Both the position numbers and the translations under genes were made by a program. A stretch of 64,000 bases of DNA, taken from the NCBI GenBank assembly GCA_964016885.1, contig OZ024742.1, positions 115,940,001-116,004,000 on the forward strand, read 5' to 3'. This DNA comes from Eledone cirrhosa. Its lineage: Eukaryota. The notes under the pieces were generated by a model. The model worked only from the letters and a program-made list of their open reading frames with translations. It was not told the origin of the DNA and made no database searches. Shown piece after piece: positions 1 through 14,409 of the stretch. Numbering within the stretch: the first letter of the stretch is position 1; the number at the start of each line of letters is the position of its first letter.

Positions 1-864
1 AAGTCAGTACATAGAGTCACAGTTAACTCTGTGAAGGAAGTGACTGATAATTCAGATGAGAAGGTGATAATCTTAACCTGATTTCATTTAAGCCTCCTGG
101 GCCTATGAAAGGTGATTCTCCTCCTTGGGACCCGTGTGTTAGACAAAATGCAACGCCTATATGTCTTACAGTGTGATAGAAAGAGGGAGAGAGAGGGGGA
201 GAAAGAGAGGGAGAAAGAGAGGGAGAAAGAGAGAGAGAGAGGGCGACCGGGTGCAGTTGTTAATATTATAATCAAAAGATTTAATGGGAGCTCATTCTAT
301 TTGTAGATTTCAGGAATGGCTTTTAGCACTTTAATCCGTTTCTGCGGGCAATTTTTGTCGGGGTGTCCATCCACCCTCAACACACAAGAGTTAGAAACAA
401 GATTGGTACCGCACGTTTAGTGGCCGACACCTGACCATGAAGCAAGTAGTATTGATATTCATGTTTACCCATAGCAGATCATTTGATCTAGTTTATGTGT
501 CAGTATGTATGGCTATGCTAATGAGGAAAGAAAGATGGCAACACTACAAAAAATATATACCTCTCAGGCTGCTTCACATATCTAGTAAATATTGTATACA
601 GTAGAATTAAACATATTTCAATTAAATAAATTTTGCATATTGTTAAACATTAAGGTAGACATCACATTCAGATATTTATTATAACTCTGATTTTCAATTC
701 TTCCATTTACTTAGGTTTATGATAGAGCACTTCATTTACATTTACGCAACCGTTCCTTGGTAGTGGAGTCTGGCGATTCAAAAATCTGTCAAGATTTATA
801 TAACTTGTCATTTTTCTTCTATTTCAACGTCCCACATTCTCTCACACACACGGAGCATCTCGGC

Positions 865-1003
<139 letters not shown>

Positions 1004-1019
1004 TAGATATAGATAGGTA

Positions 1020-1393
<374 letters not shown>

Positions 1394-1893
1394 TTGAGGT
1401 TGGTAATGGCACATGGAATATATAAGAGACAGAATACTTTTTTGTGAAAAAACATATAATTTTATAAGGTAAGGAAATAATAAAGGTATAAAAATGACCG
1501 CTTTCGATGGGTCTGTAAAAGCCATCTTTTCAAATGTTGATTAATATTAATAACATTAATAGTAAGAAGAGTTAAAATTTGAGACTTGAAAATTCAAGTA
1601 TAAAATTCATTGTGGGATTTCATAGTAGTTTTCATCTTGGTAGCAGCTAGTTGACTGCTGTGTGCCTTTCTGGTAGTGAATGAGAAGTTATTTGGGGGTG
1701 TGGGTTATTTTATAAAAGTCAGATTTAGCAATGGCCAGATGGCCAGCTGCTGGTCAGTGAGGGGGTGGAAGCAATATACATACATATATCTCCCTGTGGT
1801 CGGTAGGAGAGGGGAGATTGATAGAAAGGGATTTAGTGCACTTACACCTATATATACACACATACCTTCATCCACGCATACATACATATACAT

Positions 1894-1934
<41 letters not shown>

Positions 1935-2619
1935 CACACATACATACATACACACATACATATACATACACACATACACAGACATATATGCACATACACA
2001 CACATATATATATACACACACACACATATATATACATACACATATATATACACACACCCACACATACATACACACACACACACACATGCACATATATACA
2101 CATACACACACATATATATACACACACACACACACATATATATATACACATACGCATACATCCAGATACACACATACATATACACACACACACGCACACA
2201 CAATACATACATCCACATACACATATACACATACATACACCCACACACAGAGTAATGGCCTCCAAATATATATATATACATACATACACATATATTTTTT
2301 CCATAATATAAGAAGTTAGGACAGTGAAATTAAAATACAAGTCATTCTGATCACATTGAGTTCTTCATGTAGATTGGGCCCCGCAACCGACAGTGGTGAA
2401 TTCTGTGTGCGCATATATATATATATAGATATATGTGTGTGCACGTGCAGGGTTTAACATGGATGTGTTGGTCACACAAAGGCATGGTCTGTCAACGAAT
2501 AAACCTGATTCTACAGAATTGGTATCTGGTCTATAGTAGTGATAATTATATACATGCACACATACAAACACATATATCTGTCACTCCGTGCGTACGTGTG
2601 TTTATATTTTATGACAATT

Positions 2620-4415
2620 CTATTGGGGTGATAACCCGTTTAGTTTTGGTTTAAATTTGTTAAGGAATACATTTTCTTTGTTTATTCTTTGTTGCTGTGT
2701 GAACGAATCTGAGCACTTGTAGAAGGGGAAGATTTTAAAGTTGGGTAGTGTCATTCCTGCGCAGTTCGCAATATGGCTGCTCAAGGGGATTTTTCTTGTG
2801 TTAGCGTCCCAGATTTGTTGGCGGTGGATGGTCATTCTTTTGCGTAATGAGGTGCCCGACTGTCCTATGTAGTTGTGTTTGCACCCACCGCAAGTTATTG
2901 CGTAAATCAAGTTCTCCGAGTTGCAGGTGAAATTGTTTTTTACTGTAAATGTTTGGCCATCTTTAAATGTAAATGTTTGTCCTTCAGTGAGGTAGAGGCA
3001 CGTTCCACAGTTTGTTCTACCACATTTGGTAACTGTAGGGTTTAGGATTGGTTTGGGTATATTTGGTCCAGTGAGAATGCGTTTTAGTGATTTGGGTTGT
3101 CTTTTACTTTTAAGGATCTTGTGTGTTTCAAGAATAGACTTCATTTTTACATCTTTAAGTAGGATGGGGAGGTTTTTGTGTAGGTGATCAAACATTTCGG
3201 TATTTCTGGGGTTGAAAGTGGATACATATGGCAGGGTGTTGAGTGTGGTTTTCTGTTTTGGATTGTTAAGTTGATGGGGATTTAGGTGTTTTGCCCTGTC
3301 TATTCCATTGTTGATTATTTCAAGTGGAACGGCTCTTAAGATATGGGTGTCTTTTAGTTCCTTTAGTCTTTGCTCCCGTTTAGGTAGATCTGATACTATG
3401 GTACATATACGTTTGGCCAAATTGAATGTTAAGTTTTGTATGTTTTGGGTGACTTGATATGAAAAAGAGGTATTGCTTGGAATCTGTGGGTTTATAGAAT
3501 ATATCTGTATCTAATTTCCCGTCTATTACAGAGATGAGAAAATCCAAGAAGGCTAATTCCTTGGGATTGGATTCCATTGTGAATTGTATGTTATTATATA
3601 TGTTGTTTATCATGTTTTTAAACATAGTAAGTGAGTTCATGTCTTCTTGCCATAGGATAAAGCAGTCGTCTAGATATCTTTTCCAATTGGCTTTGAGGTG
3701 TGTGTGGAAAGAGTCTCCAAATAAGAGAAGGGACTGACTGTATATTTGTTGTTCATGGAATCCCATGACTAGGTTGGCATATGTGGGTGCTATTTTCGTG
3801 CCCATTGCCTTACCTGATACTTGTCTGTATGTTGAACCATTGAATGTGAAGTAGTTATTTTGTAGGATAAAGCGGAGTCCGTCAGTGATAAAATCTTTAT
3901 TGATGCGTGTCGGTATTTCTGATGGGTGTGTGTTAAGCCAGTATTGGACTGATGTTATTCCATAGTTGTGGGGTATGTTTGTGTAGAGGTTTATTACGTC
4001 AAAGGAGACAAGAATTGTATTTGCACTTACTGTTTTAGGGAGGTGTTTCAGCATGTCAAGGTCATCTCGTATGTAGCTCTGTATATGTTGTAGAAAGGGT
4101 TTCAGTAGGATGTTCAGAAAGTTGCTAAGTCTGTGGGTTTCACATGTAGGGCCTGCTATATTTGGCCTGAGTTTTAGGTCTTCTGGTGGTGTTAGTTCAA
4201 TGTAATTGTTGGTTGAGGTGTCACATGCATCGTTTATGGGTTTACATTTGTGGAGTTTCGGTAAGCCGTAAAAAGAGCTTGTATTGCATTTGAAGTGGCT
4301 TATATAGTTAAACTCTTTTGTGGTTAAGCTGTTGCGGTATTTATTCAGTAAGGTCAAAAGGTTACCCATTGTTTTGGTGTGTTTGTAGTTTTCTGTTTTT
4401 TCATAGTATGTGTTG
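2620..4415 (-). mobile_element. 5'-truncated Neptune-like Penelope retroelement, RT + GIY-YIG, one frameshift near 3410
   Basis: ORF 3380-4495: FYGLPKLHK, LVSFDVINLYTNI, GKAMGT, WKRYLDD, FYKPT. ORF 2620-3420: CGRTNCGTC linker, NLIYAITC..C..NYIGQS, KLN. 5' end runs into (TA)n. Confidence 0.92.
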
Positions 4416-4418
4416 ATG

Positions 4419-4453
<35 letters not shown>

Positions 4454-5642
4454 AAATATATATGTATGTGTGTGTGCATGTGTGTGTGTGCGCACGTGTG
4501 TATTTCATTTGATGTGCCGGAAATATATTTTATGAAAATCATTTCCCTTTCATTTATTTTTGTTTTACATTATTTCTTAAATTTTGCTGTTTGTTACTTT
4601 GGTTTAAATTCTTTTTTCTCTATCGCTAGGAACGTTTCGGTGACAATTCACTTTCTCAGTATATTCATTAAAATTATTATCTTACTATACTTCTCACTGC
4701 CAGCGCTGAATCAGTCATAATCCCCATGCTCTCTACTAGGTTGTTACAAGATCCAATTAGCATATTGTTGAGGGGTCTTTTCCATTCTTACTTAAGGCTG
4801 TTTCTATGCTGAATCGATTTCTGTCAAACAGTCGACAATGGCGAGGCTGGGAGGCAAACATTTCCAGTGAGAAATAAGTTCTTCTCTTCTTTATCTACAT
4901 TCATCCTTTCATTGATTAATGCTGTTTGTTATTTCTAATTTCATTTTTTTTTCATTTTCCTTTACTTGTACCGTTTCCGGGATGTTTTTATATTCTTACA
5001 TAGAAGGTTTCTTCAGTCCAGTGTTATTTTCTATCGGATTCTTCACATTCTCAGGACTTATCTTCTGTTATACTGATTAATGTTCGGCTGTGAATGATCA
5101 AATCCTTCCAGGACTTGTTATCAATATATGAATAATATATGTTGTGTCTCTTTGTTACCTACTTGTTTCCTTGTGGATTTAATCTGATTCTGAATCTTTT
5201 CATTGCTACAGCGCAATTTTTTCAGCTCAACCATTTGCAGGGTTGTGCATAAGTAGTCAATTTAATAAAGGATGCTCATATCGGTTGACGTTGTTGTTGT
5301 TGTATATGTATTATGTGTATTATCTTGTTATTCGTCAATGTACTGTCAAAGGTTGACTCACGGGATTTTCCCCACTAAAGCAACACAGGATCTTTCATAA
5401 AGTAATGCCACTTTTGTAATTATTCGTATTTTCCTCTGCAATGATTCATACTAATATATATGTTCATGTGTGTGTATTGAAAAAGGAAAATAAAACAAAA
5501 GTCGATGAAAGGTTCTTAATGGGATAATTGTTTTACAATCGTGTCAGAAGAGTAATTAATCTTGATAAATCGATATCTTAACTGGTAGTGGTTATGTCAC
5601 CACCTGTTTCTAGTATTGATATCCTAGCTCTATTGTTCGATG

Positions 5643-5769
5643 TTTCTGAAGAAGGCGCTGAGACGGATCTTGGGTATCGAGATTAGAAGTATCTAATTAT
5701 ATAACCCCTAACTATTAGTCAATATATCAATTAACCTCGATCAACCAACCCTCTGAAAAGATCGTAAAA
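5643..5769 (+). ncRNA. Degenerate HHR with long helix II insertion
   Basis: ttt-CTGAAGA-agg...~100 nt...ctct-GAAAA GATC GTA-aaa; same layout as 16543-16677 and 63121-63275. Confidence 0.5.
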
Positions 5770-5890
5770 GAATGAAATAATTAAGAACCTATCTTCAAAT
5801 GTTATTTTATTTTAATTTATTGCTCAATACACAGAGAGACAGAGACATACACAATCACACACACTCAAACACACGCACACACACACACGC

Positions 5891-5966
<76 letters not shown>

Positions 5967-6119
5967 ATATATATTTGTCAATACTCATCTTTTTCCATTT
6001 CTCCGAGGGTTCTTAGCTCCACTATCAGGCTAAATAATTTATTTAATTTCTTTAGTCAAAATACGGCGATAGCTTACATTTCTAATAATTAGAAACCCCA
6101 CTCGCTGTTTCGAAAATAT

Positions 6120-6192
<73 letters not shown>

Positions 6193-6480
6193 CAAATAAC
6201 GAAACGAAATTAAATTTCGTTTCCTTTGTAACTCACTTTTGTATGACTGACGCTTAAACAATTAAGTTAAAAATGTACATCCACATATGTATACTGAAAT
6301 ACTAGTATGCATATGAATACACACACGTATACATATGTAGATGTACCAAGTTTTTCACTGGTCACTTTACTGTGAGTGTCCAGCTATTCTGTATGTAAAC
6401 ACACAGACAAATCAGTTTTTAGAGTCATACTGGTTTTTGAGGAAACACCTTTCCTCTATTCTCCAGAAAGCCAGACAAGG

Positions 6481-6525
6481 AATATTGAACTAGTTTCGTT
6501 GTTGTTACAACTCATCAGCAATATT
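6481..6525 (-). ncRNA. Minimal type I HHR, intact core (family C)
   Basis: aatattg-CTGATGA-gttgt aaca acaac-GAAAC TA GTT-caatatt; 7-bp helix I, 5-bp helix II. Confidence 0.92.
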
Positions 6526-7110
6526 TACCTATCTTCCGGCCTTTCTGGAGAATCGTAAAAGCACATATCGTTATATGCTTTTTCTATGAAAATTAGTAGT
6601 GGGCAGACTAATTTGCATAGAGTGTGAGTACGTATCGGTTCAACGGAGACGATAAAAACAAATAACGAAACGAAATTAAATTTCGTTTCGTTTGTAACTC
6701 ACTTTTGTATGACTGACGCTTAAACAATTAAGTTAAAAATGTACATCCACATATGTATACTGAAATACTAGTATGCATATGAATACACACACGTATACAT
6801 ATGTAGATGTACCAAGTTTTTCACTAGTCACTTTACTGTGAGTGTCCAGCTATTCATATGCATACTAGTATTTCAGTATACATATGTGGATGTACATTTT
6901 TAACTTAATTGTTTAAGCGTCAGTCATACAAAAGTGAGTTACAAACGAAACGAAATTTAATTTCGTTTCGTTATTTGTTTTTATCGTCTCCGTAGAACCG
7001 GTACGTACTCACACTCTATGCAAATGAGTCTGCCCACTACTAATTTTCATAGAAAAAGCATATAACGATATGTGCTTTTACGATTCTCCAGAAAGGCCGG
7101 AAGATAGGTA

Positions 7111-7155
7111 AGTATTGCTGATGAGTTGTAACAACAACGAAACTAGTTCAATATT
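7111..7155 (+). ncRNA. Minimal type I HHR, intact core (family C, inverted arm)
   Basis: agtattg-CTGATGA-gttgtaacaacaac-GAAACTAGTT-caatatt. Confidence 0.92.
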
Positions 7156-7370
7156 CCTTGTCTGGCTTGCTGGAGAATAGAGGAAAGGTGTTTCCTCAAA
7201 AACCAGTATGACTCTAAAAACCGGTTTGTCTGTGTGTTTACATACAGAATAGCTGGACACTCACAGTAAAGTGACCAGTGAAAAACTTGGTACATCTACA
7301 TATCTATACGTGTGTGTATTCATATGCATACTAGTATTTCAGTATACATATGCGGATGTACATTTTTAAC

Positions 7371-7438
<68 letters not shown>

Positions 7439-7640
7439 ACGTACATACATATATGTATACAGACGTACAATAGTATGTATATATATATATATATACATAC
7501 ATGCACATATATATATATGTACGTATGGATTCACCGAACATTTATTATAATGCTCGGTGTGTTTTTAAACAAATATCCCGAATTAAGCCGTACTGTGTCT
7601 AGCAACCATCGTTGCTCATTTGTTCAACACTGACAAAGGA

Positions 7641-7683
7641 ACGCTGTACTAGTTTCAAGCATATTAGCTATCGTCAGCAACGT
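7641..7683 (-). ncRNA. Minimal type I HHR (family B, unit 1)
   Basis: acgttg-CTGACGA-t-agc taatat gct-t-GAAAC TA GTA-cagcgt. Confidence 0.88.
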
Positions 7684-8073
7684 ATACCTTCCTACCAGAT
7701 GGTTGAACGTGTGAAAATATTTACTTTCATTATGCATATTAACGGCTGAGCAGCCTAATTTGCATACCGAGTGAGTTAATCGGCAGGGGTACCGAAAACG
7801 ATAAACGGAAAAAATGAAACGAAATTTCATTTCTCACTCTTAGTAAGGCTGTTACTTAAATATAAGTATGTATACGTACATACAAATATGTATACAGATG
7901 TACAGTAGTATGTATATATCTATATATACATACATGCACACATATATATATGTACGTATGGATTCACCGAATATTTATTATAATGCTCGGTGTGTTTGTA
8001 AACAAACATCCCGAATTAAGCCGTACAGTGTCTAGCAACCATTGTTGCTCATTTGTTCTACACTTACACAGGA

Positions 8074-8116
8074 ACGCTGTACTAGTTTCAAGCATATTAG
8101 CGATCGTCAGCAACGT
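8074..8116 (-). ncRNA. Minimal type I HHR (family B, unit 2)
   Basis: Same motif 433 bp from unit 1, one helix II change. Confidence 0.82.
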
Positions 8117-8485
8117 ATACCTTCCTGCCAGATGGTTGAACGTGTGAAAGTATTTACTTTCATTATGCATATTAACGGCAGGAGCAGCCTAATTTGCATA
8201 TCGAGTGAGTTAATCGGTCGGGGTACCGAAAACGATAAACGGAAAACATGAAACGAAATTTCATTTCTCACTCTTAGTACGGCTGTTACTTAAATATAAG
8301 TATGTATACGTACATACATATATGTATACAGACGTACAGTAGTATGTATATATATATATATATGTACGTATGGATTTTCCGAACATTTATTATAATGCGC
8401 GGTGTGTTTGTAAACAAACGTCCCGAAATAAGTCGTAGAGTGTCTAGCAACCACCGTTGCTCATTTGTTCAACACTGACAAAGGA

Positions 8486-8528
8486 ACGCTGTACTAGTTT
8501 CAAGCGTATTAGCTATCGTCAGGAACTT
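8486..8528 (-). ncRNA. Minimal type I HHR (family B, unit 3)
   Basis: CTGACGA...GAAACTAGTA core intact, helix I weakened. Confidence 0.75.
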
Positions 8529-8650
8529 ATACCTTCCTGCCAGATGATTTTCGCTACCCAGACCGATTTCTCACTCGATATGCAAATTAGGCTGCTCAGC
8601 ATAATGAAAGTAAATGCTTTCACACGTTCAACCATCTGGCAGGAACGTAT

Positions 8651-8693
8651 ACATTGTTGATGATAGCTAATAAGTTTGAAACTAGTACAGCGT
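8651..8693 (+). ncRNA. HHR (family B inverted arm), C3 to U variant
   Basis: acattg-TTGATGA-tagctaataagttt-GAAACTAGTA-cagcgt. Confidence 0.7.
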
Positions 8694-8979
8694 TCATTTG
8701 TCAGTGTTGAACAAATGAGCAACAATGGTTGCTAGACACTGTAGGGCTTAATTCGGGATGTTTGTTTACAAATACACCGAGCATTATAATAAATGTTCGG
8801 TGAATCCATACGTACATCTATATATATATGTGTGCATGTATGTATATATATATATATATATATACATACTACTGTAAGTCTGTATACATATATGTATTTA
8901 CGTATACATACTTATATTTAAGTAACAGCCGTACTAAGAGTGAGAAATGAAATTTCGTTTCATTTTTTCTGTTTATATA

Positions 8980-9012
<33 letters not shown>

Positions 9013-9190
9013 TAATAAAAGGAATTCCAACTTTTATTAACTCCTTTTATTTACAATCATTTAAAATTATAATGATATTATAATGAAATAGTATGGGAGA
9101 ATATTAAAAGGTAATCGAACAAGTACTTTCATGCTTTCGCAATCTTCAGATTCATATTCAGGGGTGACAGTCAAGTATACAATTATAAAT
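9013..9190 (-). mobile_element. Family A element with HHR at 9117-9153
   Basis: gaat-CTGAAGA-ttgcgaaagcat-GAAAGTACTT-gttc on the minus strand. Confidence 0.78.
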
Positions 9191-9214
9191 GTATATGTAT
9201 ATATATATATATAA

Positions 9215-9304
<90 letters not shown>

Positions 9305-9310
9305 ATATAT

Positions 9311-10252
<942 letters not shown>

Positions 10253-10254
10253 AT

Positions 10255-10333
<79 letters not shown>

Positions 10334-10930
10334 ATATATAAATATAAATTAGCGAGAATCGTATTTCGGCTATTGGAATTTAGCGAAAAACAACTTCCGA
10401 ATGTGTAGCAAGCGCTCAATAGATTCTAACGAACCAGAACTACAACATACTGTAAAAGGCCAAACACACTGAGACGATTGGTAAACCATTATCCGCTCAG
10501 CCATATTAACGACCAAGTAATTCGGGTCAAACAAATAAAAAAATATAATCGAATAATTTACACGGACCCCTGGATGGTTGTTGAAAATCCAGCATTTGGG
10601 TTTCTGCGACTCCTAAATCAAGTACTGTCGGCTTAGACAAATAATGCTAAGCTTTTGGTAAGATGATTGAACAAGGTCTCACCAGGTTTTAGTTCAAGTG
10701 CCAGGCCAAGGATTGACCGTTACCAATACCCATGTGGGGCTCGGCAAGGGAGGCAACACTTTTTTTGGCGGATGAAATTCAGTATGTGTAACATTGCAAA
10801 ATTGCAAAATATCACAGAACGAATTAAGTTCTCAACAGAATGTATATATATGTATATATAGATTTATATAAATATATATATATATATATATATAATATAA
10901 GATAAAAACATGGTTAAAAGAGTTCCATGT

Positions 10931-10999
10931 ATTTTATTATGCGCATTTCAAAAACAAATATCATCATGAGATGACATTTGCGTTTTCGTCAGATAAAAT
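10931..10999 (-). ncRNA. Type I HHR with palindromic GCGC loop III
   Basis: attttat-CTGACGA-long helix II-GAAAT GCGC ATA-ataaaat. Confidence 0.9.
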
Positions 11000-11127
11000 G
11001 GGGATACATGATATGAAGGTTAAAAAACACTTGTGAATAGTGAAGTTTTAAATCAACATATTTAAAACGTGTTGATTTAAAACTTCACTATTCACAAGTG
11101 TTTTTTAACCTTCATATCATGTATCCC

Positions 11128-11198
11128 TATTTTATCTGACGAAAACGCAAATGTCATCTCATGATGATATTTGTTTTTGAAATGCGCATAATAAAATA
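11128..11198 (+). ncRNA. Type I HHR with palindromic GCGC loop III
   Basis: tattttat-CTGACGA-aaacgcaaatgtcatc tcat gatgatatttgttttt-GAAAT GCGC ATA-ataaaata. Confidence 0.9.
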
Positions 11199-11341
11199 TA
11201 TTGAACTCTTTTTACCATTTTTTGATCTTATATTATTTATACTCCAGTCCTACACACTGTAGAATGCTACTTATCCGATATCTGCATTGCCTTATTGTAC
11301 TACAATAAAACTCACCTCCTACATTATATATATATACATAA

Positions 11342-11485
<144 letters not shown>

Positions 11486-11638
11486 AACATATATATATAT
11501 ATGAGTATGTGTATATGACACTGAAACTCGAGTAGAATTTCATCGATGGAAGTTTTTGCGATGAAAGCCTACTACTAAAACTCTCAATACATGATCTCGG
11601 TGAAAAGTACTCTTCATTGTTACATTGAGTGCATACCA

Positions 11639-11724
<86 letters not shown>

Positions 11725-11827
11725 CTAATAGAAAGATACATATATATATATATACATATAAGATATATATATAATACATACATACACACCTATCTATATA
11801 TGAATATATATATATATATATATATTA

Positions 11828-12191
<364 letters not shown>

Positions 12192-12218
12192 ATTATATAT
12201 ATATAATTCTTGTATGGA

Positions 12219-12257
<39 letters not shown>

Positions 12258-12263
<6 letters not shown>

Positions 12264-12856
12264 GGAAAAAATGAAACTAATTTTTTTTTCTCACTCTTAT
12301 TACGGCTGTTACTTAACTATAAGTATGCATACGTATATACATATATGTATACAGACGTACAGTAGTATGTATATATATACATACATGCACACATATATAT
12401 ATGTCTGTATGGATCTACCGAGCACTTATTGTAATGCTCGGTTTGTTTGTAAATAAACATCCCGTATTAAGCCTTACAGTGTTTAGCAACCATCGTTGCC
12501 CTTTTGTTTAACACTGACAATGGGACGATGTATTTGTTTCAAGCTTATTAGCTATCGTCAGCACCGTATATCTTCCTGCCAAATGATTGAACGTCTGAAA
12601 GTATATACTTTCCCTATGCATATTAACGACTGGTATGCATATTAGGCTGCTCAGCCGTTAATATGCATAAGGAAAGTATATACTTTCAGATGTTCAATCA
12701 TCTGGCAGGAAGGTATACAGTGCTGACGATAGCTAATAAGCTTGAAACTAGTACATCGTTCCTTTGTCAGTGTTGAACAAAAGGGCAACGATGGTTGCTA
12801 AACACTGTACGGCTTAATTTGGGATGTTTGTTTACATGTTCGTATACATACTTATA
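12258..12856. mobile_element. Family B fold-back copy; HHRs at ~12525-12566 (minus, degenerate) and 12717-12759 (plus, intact core)
   Basis: Inversion at ~12635; gtg-CTGACGA-tagctaataagctt-GAAACTAGTA-cat. Confidence 0.85.
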
Positions 12857-13941
12857 TAAATATATATATATATATTTCCATTAGTTGAATACTTTTCACG
12901 ATCTCATTCGCATCTTTACCATTAATTCAATGTATATTTATTCGATTAGGTATCCCCCTGCCTCCTTGGAATTCATTCGCTATATACTATACGATATTGT
13001 CTTCATATAGTGAAGGCATGGTTTGAATGTAAGTGTCTTGCTTATGTGGATTACATCCAATATGAATCTGACCGGGGTGGTGAGGACCCTTCTAGCAGCG
13101 CTTGGGGCGCCTTCAGTGCTTGAAAGTAAATTAGATTTCCCTTTACTCCAGTATACCGTAATACTCTGAACGTTCGGTGGGCTTTTGGGCGCTTTGAGTA
13201 TTGGGGTGTCGCCATTTTCAGTTGTTGTTGTTAACCGCCGTACCATACCACTTATACTCTATAGTGCGTACTCCATAGGAATATAAAATTGAACTACTAG
13301 AGGATCCCAGAGCGGATAGTGGCTTCGCTTAGATTAACTAACATTATGTTATTTGTTTATTTGGTTTACACAACTCTATAATTAAATTCATTACCGTAAC
13401 TGGTCTTTCTAATTGGTAATTGGCTAGCATACAATACTTCACCGGCCAACTGTAAGGACTCTACTTATTTAATTAAATGCAAACAATTTTAAACATTCAG
13501 TTTTAATTTTCGATTCTTAAAATTAACCCTAACTTTAACTTCTAAACAATTTTAACCTGTAATTTCTTTTAAGCTCTGAATTTTCTCTACTTGGTGTGTT
13601 CCTAAATTCGCCCCGGCTGTTGTATACTTTCAGTGAGTATATAGACCTTTAGTAACACGATATTCTTCACCCCTTCCACTTTTCCGGCCGAAGGTTGTTC
13701 AAATTGAGAGGTAGTTGTGATTCTCCCAATAAGCTATACATCGCTCTACCCGCTTAGGGTAGTATCTGTTGAAGATAATTCATTCAGAGACGTCGGAGCA
13801 TTATAACAACATGCTTCTTCGATAGACTCTGGGTCAAAAACATAAGCACACATTTTCTCTTCTCCGTTCTTTGCTTGGTTCCTTAAATCTTTTAGAATGT
13901 GTTTACCATGATTCCGTTGGTATACATCTTTTACGCAATTT

Positions 13942-14000
13942 ACACCTGAAGATGTCACCGGGTTCTTACGCACACCTGGCTAGTGACATGTGCATAGTGT
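13942..14000 (+). ncRNA. Degenerate HHR related to the 62404/62581 family
   Basis: acac-CTGAAGA-tgtcaccggg...-GACAT GTGC ATA-gtgt, followed by AATAAA. Confidence 0.5.
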
Positions 14001-14340
14001 TAGCATAAATAAATAATTAAGGAATGTCAACATATTTGGTCTCCTGTCAGTTTACTTTATAATACATTTGTCTCCGTTTCCGCACCACCAACATTATTCA
14101 ACATGAAAGATGGATGAGTTGCATAACTTCGAGCGTTTTTCTCATATTACATCATGGTTAACATTGCAGAATTACCAATTCTACCCAGTGGTGAACCACA
14201 AATTTTAAAGTATATATATATATTAAATCATATGTAAATGTTTACATATATTTTTAGCTTTCTTTACTAATATTATTACTGCTACAACGAATTCAATGCT
14301 CTCCAAGTAGAAGATCTAGAACACCAACACTAAGTAAGAC

Positions 14341-14406
14341 GAAGAAGAAGAAGAAGAAGAAGAAGAAGAAGAAGAAGAAGAAGAAGAAGAAGAAGAAGAA
14401 GAAGAA
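14341..14406 (+). repeat. (GAA)n microsatellite
   Basis: About 22 perfect GAA units. Confidence 0.97.
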
Positions 14407-14409
14407 TGA

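Larger units (their letters stand above)
6188..7377. mobile_element. Retrozyme-like family C: 1.4 tandem 466-bp units followed by a ~525-bp inverted copy
   Basis: aaaaacaaataacgaaacg at 6188 and 6654; inversion junction at ~6851-6855 (tattc microhomology); (TA)n at both ends. Confidence 0.85.
7433..8973. mobile_element. Retrozyme-like family B: ~2.6 tandem 412-433 bp units plus an inverted unit
   Basis: HHR recurs at 7641, 8074, 8486 (minus) and 8651 (plus); inversion junction ~8547-8565; (TA)n flanks; no real ORF. Confidence 0.88.
10897..11232. mobile_element. Fold-back element, ~160-bp arms, 11-nt loop at 11059-11069, one HHR per arm
   Basis: Near-perfect inverted repeat with (TA)n at or near both ends. 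Confidence 0.88.

Noticed and set aside
470-800. Possible plus-strand exons after cag/tag acceptors (also ~19889 and ~20326)
   Set aside because: No convincing donors, recognisable protein or consistent gene model
3380-3420. Programmed frameshift between RT and GIY-YIG ORFs
   Set aside because: PLEs encode a single ORF; the shift is best explained by a post-insertion indel
4500-5500. A-rich minus-strand stretch as the 5' part of the adjacent PLE (similar doubts for 10340-10830, 12900-13900, 54650-55480)
   Set aside because: Probably old decayed elements, but no diagnostic motif could be read
10897-11232. Fold-back elements as MITEs or DNA transposons
   Set aside because: Arms are often unequal, ends vary between copies, single-arm copies exist for several families, and arms carry HHRs or PLE 3' ends
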